Source of the DNA: Leptogorgia sarmentosa
Lineage: Eukaryota
Length of the DNA stretch: 64,000 nt
Direction of reading: 5' to 3'
Assembly: GCA_964658305.1 (NCBI GenBank)
Contig: OZ210885.1
Span: 3,968,001-4,032,000, forward strand
Part shown: piece after piece, positions 24,368 through 36,026 of the stretch
Layout: the number at the start of each line of letters is the position of its first letter
Position numbering within the stretch: position 1 is the first letter of the stretch
The notes under the pieces: model-generated
What the model was told of the DNA's origin: nothing
The model's database searches: none
What the model saw: only the letters and a program-made list of their open reading frames with translations
Translations under genes and position numbers: made by a program

Positions 24368-27300
24368 CAGTCCCGGATTAACCCCATGGCTTAACCCCCT
24401 GGAGGCCCCGCGCTTTTGGGGGCCCCCACGCTTTATATAACAGAAAATTGGAAATATTTCTTTCTTTATTCTGAGGTTTTCACAAAGCGATAAAGCCCCT
24501 ACCCCCTGGCCCAGAAGGCCAGAAAGTGCGAAGCCTGCTGAAAGCGAAAACGCGGGGCCCACAAAGCGCGAGGCCTCAAAAAGTCAAAAACACAGATGAA
24601 TTTGGGCAGTATGCGGCCTTAATTTTAAAATCGCAGTGGTCAAAGCGTGTGCGCCGCGTCAATCACTGGTGTACAATCATATTAAGAAAATCTTACAAAA
24701 AGAAACTTGAGAAAGGTATATCAGTAAGGAATCGCAATTCGCAAAGCTATTGCATGTTGTCGCATGTGTCATATGATACTACAGTGGAACCTCCCGTAAG
24801 CGGACACCTTTGGGACCTGGTCATGGTGTCCGCTTACAGGAGGTGTCCGCTTATGAGAGGTTCATTAATATCAAGTAAATATTTAACCATATTGCATCTA
24901 TTAAAAATTGTCAAATAAATATCATATTATTCTCATTATCCCAGTCATGCAGCCAACTCTCGTTAAAGCGGACACAGGACCATCATTTACTGTCGCTAAA
25001 CCTTACAAAGTGTTCCCAATAGCGAGGTGTCCACAAAGTGAGAGTTGACCGTAGTCACCGTACTTGAATTTTTCACCAGATGACTATCGATTTTTAATGT
25101 CCAGAGTATACAGCATGTTCTTGTTATTGTTATCAACACCAAACAGATGTTGATATTTAGCCACCGGTCATAAACTGATAAAAACTATGTCAATGGAAGC
25201 AGAATAAAAACTATGTCAATGGAAGCAAAATGCAAACTGTTCGCTTACAAGGTGTCCGCGTCCGCTTACGAGAGGTGTCCGCTTAAGAGAGGTCATAAAT
25301 ATAGTAATTTAATAGAGGTTTGGCCAGGACCTAAGAATGATGTCCGCTTATGAGAGGTGTCCGCTTACGAGAGGTGTCCGCTTACAAGAGGTGTCCGCAA
25401 GGAGAGGTTCGACTGTATTTATACTTGCTGTGATACGCTCGTTGTCTGGCAGCTAAATATAGTCATAGACCTTGTTGTTTTGGAATCGGACGCACTCAAC
25501 GCTCAAGTAGCCAAAAATCAAAATATAAAAAGTTCAAGCCTGACTTGCATCATCGAATTCATCAATTCGGATGCAAATGGACAAACAGAGGCATCTGGGA
25601 TCACTTACTGGGATTTTGGTAAGTTTATTTTATTGGTATGTTTTAATAGCTTAGGGTCTATGTAGTTTCCCATATCATCACTGTGTGAAAAGTCAAAACA
25701 ATAACATATCTGTCAATTCTGTGCACGCAGTAGATACATGAGCAACACATGCTCCCTTGACGGCAGACACGTTTTATGATAATATTAATATCTTGTTGAG
25801 ATTGAATCTGAGTTGGATTAGGATTATTGAAACTGAAGTCTGAAGAACACTTGCTGAATGCTGGCTGGCAAAAATGTCATATGACCCATATTTCTTAGCA
25901 CTGTTGATCTTGCCAAGTAAAATTTATGCCCATCTGCAAATCCGCTATAAATGGATATATTTATAGTATACTAAATACTTAAAATAAAGTGTATGTAGTA
26001 TGTACTAAATCTTTTAGTAAACTATTTTAGCTCGCAAATTAAACGGATATGAATCGCCAATATCCCTCTGGAGCAGCAAAACGCCAAGCAAAGGAAGAAC
26101 GAGACGCACGAAAAAGCAATGTTTTGGCCAAAGTGCCAAAAATATCGGTGTTTTTCCAAGAGAGCAACGCTGGTAGTACGAGCGGTAATATAGAAGATAC
26201 CCTTGCAGTTGTGCAACCTCAACGAGATACTGAACTTAGTAGAGTTGATGAGCCGAGCGTGACTGAAGCGATACCACCAACAGAGGGCGATACAGCACAT
26301 GAATCACTTGAATTGATTGCTAGTGCTCCATTACTGACACCGGAAAGTCCTTCCAGTTCAAGTTCATACTCTTGTGATTTGGGATTATGGCCTGGTCATA
26401 TTTCAGACAGTATGAGGGAATACTGGGCAGCTAACGGAAGTGGCAACTGCCAAAATTTGGATGCGGATTTTAGTGCGTCTTCAACAAGATTCGAAGGAGA
26501 GAAGTACAATCGACAGTGCCAGAAAAGCCTGTTCACATACACCCATCAGCTCACAAAACAACAGCAACCTCGTACCTGGCTTTGTTACTCGCCATCTCAA
26601 TGCGTAGTGTACTCTTTCCCCTGTAAATTGATGGGTAATTCCTTCGTTTTTGCGAAGCCTGGATACAACGACTGGAAATGCGCTTCTCAAGCAATTCCAT
26701 GTCACGAGAACAGTTCGGCCCACCAAGAAGCTACGATACAGCTATTACATCGCAGCGATGCAAACTGTCGGGTTGATGCGGAACTTGTTAGACAAGCAAA
26801 CACAGAGCGCAGTTATTGGCGTGCTGTGCTAGAGCGCTTTGTGGAAACTATTCGTTTCCTATCTGAGCGCGGTTTAGCATTTCGTGGCTCAGATGAAGTT
26901 GTCAGTTCTCCCAGAAATGGAAATTATTTGGGTATTCTGGAGCTGTTGGCCAAGTTTGATCAATTTCTACCGCAGCATATTAATCAAAATGCAAACAAAG
27001 GACGGGGTCATACTTCCTATTTATCTAAGACAATTTGCGAAGAATTGATGGGGAATTGTGTGCTCAATACAATTATCAGCGAGGTGAAGTCAGCCAAATA
27101 TTTTTCAGTTTCTGTTGATTCAACCCCCGATATTTCACATGTCGATCAGCTCACCTGCATTCTTCGGTATGTTCTGCCGTCGGGTCCTGTTGAAAGATTC
27201 TTAACATTCTTCATATGCACGGTCACAGTGGACAGGAACTAGCAGAAAGCTTGCTCAAGTTCTTGGAGAAGCATGGCATTGATGTTGCTGACTGCCGCGG

Positions 27301-29033
27301 TCAGTCATATGACAACGCAAGCAACATGAGCGGAAAGTATAATGGCATGCAAGCCATTATTCGGCAACATTGTCAGTTGGCTGACTACGTATCTTGCGCA
27401 GCACATTCCCTTAACCTGGTTGGTCAGACCGCAGCAGGTTGTTGCATTTTACAGCGACTCTACTCCTTCTTCACTGCTTCAATGCATTGGTGGAAAGCAC
27501 AATCAACTTTCGAGTAAAAGCTTGCCAACGGTGAAACGCATGTCTGACACTCGCTGGTCCGCATGCGCAGATGCCGCATAAGCTCTGGTGAAAGGATATG
27601 AGGAAATCAACGTTGCTTTGGAGGAGATCGCTAACGACATCGAACAGAAACCTGACTGTCGCCAGGAGGTGCGTGGACTTGCCCACTATATGGATCGCCT
27701 CGAAACCGGCATACTTGCAGCTTTGTTTTGCATCGCATTCATGGCAGCAGTCAAGTCCTGCAATCAGCCGACCAGGATCTAAATATCGCTGTTGCAATCT
27801 ATCAGTCTCTCGTAGAATTCATCCGTAACCTGCAGACAAGATTTGAGGACTTCAAGACTAAGGGAAAGAAGCTAAGTGAATGTGAGAATTACACTGAGGA
27901 AGTTAGACGTGTGTGTCAACGAAATCGGCGTTACGATGAGCCAGGACCAGCACCCGAAGTGCTGCAGGCTCCTGGAGACAAGTTTCACACGAGCACGTTC
28001 TTGGTTATTATCGATAGTATAGATGCGGAATTGCAAAAACGGCTGGGTGCTTATGAAAAAATTGCTGCCAAGTTTGGGTTCTTGCAAAATCTTAAGGATC
28101 TACCGTACGACGAAGTGGCCAAGAATGCTGACAGCCTTCAGAGAGTCTACCCTACTGATCTTGAAGACACTCTGGCAGACGAGTTAGTACAATTTTCAAG
28201 TTTCCTCAAAACTGAATTTGTTACTAAAGCATTAAGCATTACTACTGGTGCTTCTACGACCCCAGCAAGTGGAGCCATGACCGAAGAAACTCGTGTTGCT
28301 GCTGGTGTAATAACCAAAGATGGCGATGACGTCCAATTAAACGTGAAGTCGTTGGAACTGAGAATCTTTAGGCTTCTCGTGGACAATAACCTGGAAACTT
28401 TATTTCCCAACACTTTCATTGCATATCGCATTTATCTTTCACTTATGATCTCCAACTGTTCTGGTGATAGGTCATTCTCTGTACTGAAGAGAATTAAAAA
28501 CCATGTCCGATCGTGCATGACACAGACGAGGCTCAACAGTCTTACCCAGCTGAGTGTGGAACACAAACTTTTGCGGAAAATGGACTTAACTGAATTGATT
28601 AAGGACTTCGCCAGTCAGAAGTCCCGTAAACAAAATATAGTTTGATAACTAATTTGTTATATACATTTTGATGTTGAAACACTTCATGGATATACTTTTG
28701 CTGTTCCTGTATGCATTGCTATTAATATAATTGAACTTTATTCCTTTTTTCAATATGTGTAGTGTAGTATACTACAGTGTAGTATTTTTTGTAAATATGA
28801 CAACATTGTTTATGGGATAAAAGGCGACATTTTCTTAATTTTCTCTTTTGAAGTTGAAGTTCTATTAGATTTTCAGGGGGGGAGAAGTGGAGAACCGCTT
28901 ATAACGCTATCGGTCTGTCACAACAGGGTGGTGGTTGAGTGGCGTGGAAGGGGGCAGGGGGGGCAACGGGGGGGCAACGGGGCCCCGTGCTGATGAAATG
29001 CTGGCCCCCCCGCTCAACCATAATCCGGCCCTC
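24368..29033 (+). mobile_element. hAT transposon (ZMYM1-type) with both TIRs, inserted in PolB; transposase 26049-28645 frameshifted
   Basis: TIRs CAGTCCCGGATTA / TAATCCGGCCCTC. TTF-type zinc finger, DUF4371 region, DSTPD, CAAHSLNL and dimerisation domain. PolB reading continues across the junction (KCTALP | GLFHPVLP). TSD degenerate. Confidence 0.92.
24782..25415. mobile_element. Tc1/pogo-type MITE with TA TSD
   Basis: TA-CAGTGGAACCTC ... GAGGTTCGACTG-TA; subterminal GAGAGGTGTCCGCTTA repeats; a smaller related piece nested at about 24948-25032. Confidence 0.85.
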
Positions 29034-31327
29034 CTGGATTGTTCCACCCAGTCCTTCCTTTTCGAACTCAGGGCAACCTAACGTTTCCCTTGTGCAAAAC
29101 GTGTGCCGATACATGCAGTTTGGCTAGTTGTAGGCATACTGAGGAGGAAACAAGGGACGTGGGTGAGTGTAGAGCTGGAGAAAGCCATCTAGAAAGGTTA
29201 CAGGGTCTTCCGAGTTGATGAAGTGTGGCACGTTCAGCAACCGTCGAGCAATTTATTTAAAGATTACATGGACACATTTTTGAAAATAAAACAGGAATCA
29301 AGTGGCTATCCTAGGGAATGTGTGACTGATGAGCAAAGAATGGCATACATTCAACAATACTCCAGACATGAGGGAATCGAATTAGATCCTAACAAGATTG
29401 AACGTAACCCTGGTTTACGTGCATTGGCAAAACTTATGTTAAATTCATTTTGGGGTAAATGTCGTTTTTAAACTACGTATTTAGGTTAATCCTGTGAGGA
29501 AAAAAAGGCCCAGGTTGATGCTCAAATTATTAGGTTATGTTACTGAAACCTTTTATTTACTGAAACTTATTTTATTTCTGCAATTTGCTCAACGCCCGAA
29601 CATGACAAAAGTGGAGTTAATTTAGGATCCTGAGAAGTATTTTGATCATTTATCATCAGACAGTATTAATGTTTTAGACATCAACCTAGTCAGCGATGAA
29701 GTCATTGAGCTTCATTATGATTACAATAAAGATTTTGTGGAGCCAAATGCAACGACAAACATAGTTATTGCTGCCTTTGCAACAGCCTATGCGAGGCTGA
29801 AGCTGTACAACATGCTTGATCTGTTACAAGAGCGTGTGCTGTATTATGACACTGACTATTATTTTCCTGTCGGAACCTGATGAACTCTCCTACTGTTATT
29901 TGGGGGATCTGAAAATTGAGCTTCAGCAGGGAGACTACATTAGAACATTCATTATAAGACAGCTAGCAACAAAATTGAAAGCTTTGGAAAAAGTGAACTT
30001 TGATGTTATTCGCGTTCTGGTCTATCTCAAGGCAATTTGTAATGTTGAAGGATGTGCGACTGTCGATATTCCATTTAAAATCACGAGAGATAAACATTTT
30101 TTTCCCATTGTCAACATAAGACAATCATGCCTTTGTTGACTGGGATGATCAACCTCACACCCACAACATCTCTCTCTCTCTCTCTCTCGAAGTTTGTGAA
30201 CTTCATCAGAAACACTCCAAGCTAAAATCGTCTCCAACAAATAACATAGTTTCTCTTAGTCTGATAGGTTTTTTGCGACCAGTCTAACATTGAGGAAAAG
30301 ATATATTCGGAGGACGCCTCATAGTTTTTGAGTATTAATTTATGTTTTTATGCACGTATTTATTTTTTTCGTATAGGCTGATACTATCTGAAAGCAGCAT
30401 TGTTATAGTTTTGTTGTCTTATATCATTCATGCAAACCTGCTAAAAATCCACAGCATATTTTTTACTTTTATGCCACGGATGGCGTTGCTTGTCAGTTCA
30501 TGGGTGAAGAGATGCTGGTTATGATACCTCCTACGGCAGCATGCTAATGTCAGCATTTAAATCCTTTTGTAAATGTAGAGTACATGAATATCTGAATTTA
30601 TTATATACACAAGCGCTGGATATGAGCTATTCTGCAATCTGATTGGTTCTCTACTAGCAGGGTATTAGCTCATATCCTGCTAGTACAGAAATGTAAACAA
30701 AATGGCTGAAAGAGCGAAGCCGGAATTGAAGTTTTCAACAGTTAAAAACGTCTTTGCGACCGATTAAAAGAATAAAATTCAAGAAGTTTAGTTGTAAATG
30801 TTTATTGTGCAGTTTTGAATCTGGAAAACCGGACTCGACTCTGTAATATTCATCACTTGACTGAGTTGGATCGCTTGTTGTTGTTTATTGACATTTTACA
30901 ACAGTAAAATTTGTGTTGTACTTTCAAATGCAGAAAAATACAGATGAAAACTGCTGAAATTTAAAACTAGCATATACGATTCGAGTACGCAGAATAACTG
31001 TTAAATATTCACTTGTATCCTTAGTATTAGATACAGATTCCATAAAATTTTAAAGCCACGAAATTTAGCATTATGATTTCAAGTATTACCTATTTCAACT
31101 CTTGTGCATAACTAGTTGTTTTTATACTAGAGACGCCAAATTCGCACACAATTGAATTGGTAAAGCATTTTAAGTTTATCTGATTATGCATATCTTCAGT
31201 ATAAAGATGGCCCACAATGAATAGTACGAAAATTACGAGTGGCAACTGAATGAGATATGATACTTTGAGCTTTCTCAATCAACTCGAAGAACGCTTCATG
31301 AACATGTCATGATATTGAGGAAAACGC

Positions 31328-32871
31328 CTGCCTCGTACCCAGGCGTCTCCGAATGGTTGACGTTACACTATCATTACCGAACGATTGATATTACATGAAG
31401 TACTGTAGCGCGCGAAGGGACTTATGGGAAGAATGCACATGAAATTGGAGACGCCTGGCAGATCTTGGTCGGTTTCTTGCAAATGTGGTCGGTTTCTTGC
31501 AAATTGAGTTTTTTTGTCGCGGAATTGCATTTTTCTCACGATATTTCGTTCGTTTTGTTTTGTTTGGTACGTTTTCTTTTGTTTTGTTCATTTTCAAGCA
31601 TCTCCCAAGTCCCACGGGACTAGGGCATGCCAATATGTCAACAGTTCAAGGAGTTCAAGAAGACTTATCCGGATTAGATTTACAAGGTATGGCAAATATG
31701 GACATGGCTTTGCTGTTAAACTATAAATATTGTAAAATTTTAGTAGTTTGGGTTATATTTGAAGTTATGTTCTTCATTTTCTTGTGCAAACAGGCGATGC
31801 TACACCAAATATTCGGGCTTCTGTGCGGAGAGTCCGTAGTCGTACGCGTGGTATTGCATGTAACTTTACAAATCATGTTCGACGTTCAGCCTCACCAGAT
31901 CCTTCGCCAAGGGCAATTCTCAGTGAGAAGCATGACCTCACACCACAATCAAAGAGCATGGGCTTACCAAGGACGAAACGTTCCCATCTTGGAGGTGAAT
32001 ATACGTCGCGTTTCATGAAATTCTTTCAGAAATTAGACAAACCAAATGTGTTGAAATAGTTTTCCTGCCAAATCAATTTTATGTATTTTTAACAAATTAT
32101 TACATTACTGAATCCCAGATATAGATGAAGAAGTGAGGCGCAATATTTCAGAAGATCTTGAACAGGAATTGATAGTAGAAGAAGGTCTTGGGAAGGTTGT
32201 AATTTTCCCCGATGTAACAAATAAACACCAACGAGTTTGGCAGCCTCACTAGCTGTCTTTGTGTAGCAATCCAATTCTATGCCATTGGCTTTTACAGTGA
32301 ACTTCTTGAATTCGTCGCCATGCTATTGAAACATTAGGTATTATGTAAATATAAATTAATATTCATGAAGGCGCATAATATTTACAGAAGGTATTTGGAA
32401 TTACCATGTATTAACCTTATTCAAAACTATACCTTTGTTGATCGAATAATAAATAATTCACCAAGGCATCGCAAGGTTTCATCTCCATGAACTTCCATCA
32501 TCAGCTTTCGCGCATTTTGAAAGTCCTTTGTTGTGCATTTATTGTTGTGTATCACTCGCCAGTGATGCTCAATTCCACTTTCCTCATAAAAGCTAACATT
32601 TTGTGAGCAGAACGCATGAGGACAAGGAAGCTTTTTATTTAAAAAGGCTTTGTGAACCGGTCTATTGTCTAAATAAAATGGATTTGTTGTGTTTATATTT
32701 ATGTTGGCCGTGCCGTGCGCCATGACAGTAGACAAGATCTGCCAGGCGCTCCCCAGGATGCATCCTTCCCAATATTCCTTTCGCGGATCATGCAAATTCA
32801 TATTCCAGTTATATTTAGTTCAATGTTGAAATTACGCGCGTCGTCTTTCAGAGCGCCTGGGTACGAGGCAG
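31328..32871. mobile_element. TIR element with 9-bp TSD (Mutator-like) carrying two spliced convergent ORFs
   Basis: TIRs CTGCCTCGTACCCAGGCG / CGCCTGGGTACGAGGCAG; TSD GGAAAACGC (31319-31327) / GGAAAATGC (32872-32880). Confidence 0.8.
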
Positions 32872-33235
32872 GGAAAATGCCATTCTTCAAGTGAATCAGT
32901 ACTTTGCACTACCAACATCGTGAATGCGAGATCTGCCATTTGCTTGATTTATATATTTGTGCGAGGTTAGGTCCAAAGCTTAATCTTATGGATTTATAAT
33001 TATGAGCACAATTATTCATACTCGCTTTGGGCCGTTGGTATTTATTCCTGAATATTTTGCTTTATTTTGGAAACATTTATTCACTGTCAGACTTTTAATA
33101 CTTTTCTATTAGACTAAGGGGAAAATATATATGTTTACAATTTGGCTTATACATGCCTATTGCTTAGACTATTGACCGACTGATAACAGACGTATAACAG
33201 TTATAATTAATTTATATCTTTGGTCATGTTTTCAG

Positions 33236-34501
33236 ATCTGATGCAACTGGCAACTGCCTGTATAGCTCTGCTTCTTTGGCAATGACAGGTACCAACAGTC
33301 TGGTTAATGTTTTGAGAATACTAACGTCTATTGAGCTTTCTTTGAATGCTAATTTTTATGTTCAACACCCTTACTTTCCAACTTTGATAGAAGAGCAAAG
33401 TGAACACTTTGCAAATTCTGCAAAAAATCGTTTGTTTTGTCTGTGTCCATGAAGTCTTTACATACCAAATACCAACTTAACTGATGATGCATTGGTTAAG
33501 CAAGAAGCTTTTTTGAATTGCCATGATAACAGTTTTAAACAGTTTATCTTCTGTAATAAGCCGCAATATTTATACTTATTACACTGACTATAGGTAACAA
33601 TGTTTAAAATTATTGCTTAATGCACAGGTAAAGCCTCGTGTACCAGAAGTACAAGGTGTTGAATCAGTCCATCTTTCATTTTGTTGTGAAGGATCTGTAA
33701 AGGCCGCGAAGTCTTTAAACCTAACCACTCCCTTTTTATTATACATCACAGAAGACAAAATCTGTTTTAGCCACAACAGATGTGAAAAAAACAGATGGTA
33801 ATTCCTCTTGCTATGTCACATTAGCCCGAGGTGACAAGGAAAGTGGCAGGAGTGCCTGCTACAGGTATTAACAATTTTTTTACTGTTTGTGAGAAATCCG
33901 AAAGCAGTCAGTCTTCAAGTAGTTCTGATACAATGGCAACCACAAGTGATACAAGGGTGTCTTCTTTGACTGATACATCTTCGAGTTCCATAGGTACTGA
34001 AACTGCAGGTACTCAGTCTGACATTTCTTTTCATAACTTTGATATTGCACACTATCGGGACATGGTCAAAGGCATGTCTGATATTGAAATTAATAACTTA
34101 ATTAAAAATGTCTTCAAACCAGGTAAAAAATATGTATTCCCCAAAACAAATGGGAGAGCTTTTGGGTATGAGTGGTTGAATATGTTTAAATGGCAGTGCT
34201 ATTCACCTTCTGCAAATAGTGCTTTTTGTTTATCATGTGTTTTATTTGATGATCGATTTCCTAGCAAGTCTGGGAAGATTTTTAAAATTTTTTCTGAACC
34301 TTTATTAGTGCAATGGAATAATTCAGTATTTACTTTCAGGAAGCATGCAGGTCATGGGCCTGGGGTAGAAATGGGTTACATGCTTCTGCCTTTCCCATTC
34401 TTCAAGCTTTACTTCCTCAGATTTCTGGGGCTGCCAAATCAATTAATGTCACTTTAGATACTACACTACAAGAAATAGAAAACAACAGACAAAAACTGGC
34501 T
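33236..34501 (+). pseudogene. OTU (vertnin-like) domain followed by a TTF-zinc-finger hAT transposase N-terminus
   Basis: ATGNCLYSSASLAMTG..LRILTSIEL..NANFYVQHP ... KPNH; then FPKTNGRAF.YEWL..F.W.CYSPS..SAFCLSCVLF; NRQKLA|PVV resumes after 41275. Confidence 0.7.
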
Positions 34502-34975
34502 CAGGGGCGGAATCCAGATGGTTGCAAAGGTTGCAAATTTTGTAAATTTTGAGGGGGAAATTCTATTTTAATATATTCCTGCAAACCTGAAAACATGTTG
34601 AAAGAGCATGCATCTTATAACTGTATTCATGATCATCATTTAATATGTTATATGAGCATTTATAAATAATATTTTAAAATATTTTGCATGGTAATGTTTA
34701 AGCTTTTCAATTATAGGGTGACAGGGGATGGAAAATGGGGTTACGTAGTAACCAAGGTTAATATCATAGGAACCGCGCGCAGCCTGGGTACAGCTTAGCC
34801 ACAAAGCCGGAATATAGAGAGTGACAGGCTGGTTCGTATGTCATTCGCTAACAGATAGCTAACTGCAGAAGGTCTGTATATACATAAGAGTAGAGAAAAA
34901 GAGAAAAAAATTTTTTCTTTTTGAATTGGAATACAATGGAACCAGAGAGAGATCGCGGGTGAACAAGCTGGCAGT

Positions 34976-35998
34976 ATGTCGTCATCGGCCGTGGACTGGA
35001 CGGCAGCGTTCAAATCGCGTTCAAAGACGTTGGGAGCGCGTGGTGGCCCGAGTACGTCGCAAGTCGCTGTTTTCGAGCAGTTGGGTGAGCCTAGTCCCGC
35101 AACTATGACACCAACGGTAAGCGCTACAAGCAGTCAGGCATCAAATGAAGGTATGTTAGTTGTTCCTTCCTTTGTTGGGATCTCGGGGTCGATATCGTCG
35201 ACGCAATCGAGTGGAGTTAACCGGACTGAGAACACCCTTGGTACCCATGTTTCAAGCACCCTTTCTAGCTCACCACTAGTTTCCACAGGAACTATTACCG
35301 GTCTCAACCAGGCCTTTATTTTGGGTCCTGGCCGTCCGCCTATTTCGGCAAAAAGTGTCTCGCAAATTGTAGCATATAAATTTATCGAGATGTCGGACCT
35401 TATCCCAGAAAATCTAGAGAGCCCATCCGTCGATCTACCTTCATTTACTATCGAAGGTCACTCGATTGTCCCTACGACTACTACTGCGTCGCGCAAGAAA
35501 AATGAAGTATATGATATCCTGATGTGGGTCGAGTGCTTCAATAGCTATATAGCAGTCATCACGGCGTTTTATCCTGCGCGAGATTTACTGGCGTATATGG
35601 CGCTAATAATACGCATGGCTAAGCAATTTCCAGGACGGTGCTGGTACAACTATGATCGCGGCTTTCGCCTGGAAGCGGCTGCATCCAATTCGACGAATTG
35701 GAGTCAAATCAATGCCGATCTGTATCACTACCATACGTCGGTAGCGGTCCAGCCCACACAATCACAAGCGTCACGACATCGCGAACCTCGTGGTGACCCA
35801 AATTCAATGATTATTTGCAAATCATGGAATTCAGGGTCCTGCAGCAGTCCACGCGAATACTGTAGATTTCGCCATCGATGCGACCAAGACGGGTGTGGCG
35901 GAGTGCACCGTAGAATCAACTGCCCAAATAGCGTGCGTAAACGAGGGCGTAGTCCTGGCGCAGAATTAAGCCGGCGGCGCCAAGCGAGACGCGATTAA
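34976..35998 (+). CDS. Ngaro gag-like ORF1
   Basis: Intact 340 aa; WYNYDRGFR motif; C-terminal CKSWN.G.C....C.FRH.C....CGG.H....C zinc fingers. Confidence 0.85.
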   Translation: MSSSAVDWTAAFKSRSKTLGARGGPSTSQVAVFEQLGEPSPATMTPTVSATSSQASNEGMLVVPSFVGISGSISSTQSSGVNRTENTLGTHVSSTLSSSPLVSTGTITGLNQAFILGPGRPPISAKSVSQIVAYKFIEMSDLIPENLESPSVDLPSFTIEGHSIVPTTTTASRKKNEVYDILMWVECFNSYIAVITAFYPARDLLAYMALIIRMAKQFPGRCWYNYDRGFRLEAAASNSTNWSQINADLYHYHTSVAVQPTQSQASRHREPRGDPNSMIICKSWNSGSCSSPREYCRFRHRCDQDGCGGVHRRINCPNSVRKRGRSPGAELSRRRQARRD

Positions 35999-36026
35999 GA
36001 GAGACAGTGTTTTAAATAACAATATT

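Larger units (their letters stand above)
22660..30130 (+). pseudogene. Polinton protein-primed DNA polymerase B, split by insertions
   Basis: HSILALKWL..DG...GCFWH.C..C (Vsr-like insert); 23970-24367 IWEC..LDP*DAFY.GRT..YLDFTS..YFGLVKC; 29034-30130 LFHPVLP..KIKQESSGYP..KLMLNSFWGK..FAQ..AFATAYARLKLY..YYDTD. Confidence 0.9.

Noticed and set aside
26049..28645. Host ZMYM1-like gene (also 9225-11761; THAP12/P52rIPK-like at 39595-41100)
   Set aside because: Frameshifted, bounded by hAT TIRs and inserted in other elements; these are transposases.
29324..29340. Other CTGATGA cores as hammerheads (also about 11364, 28990, 33481, 55244, 62482)
   Set aside because: No stem II followed by GAAA and no matching cleavage helix; several lie in coding sequence.
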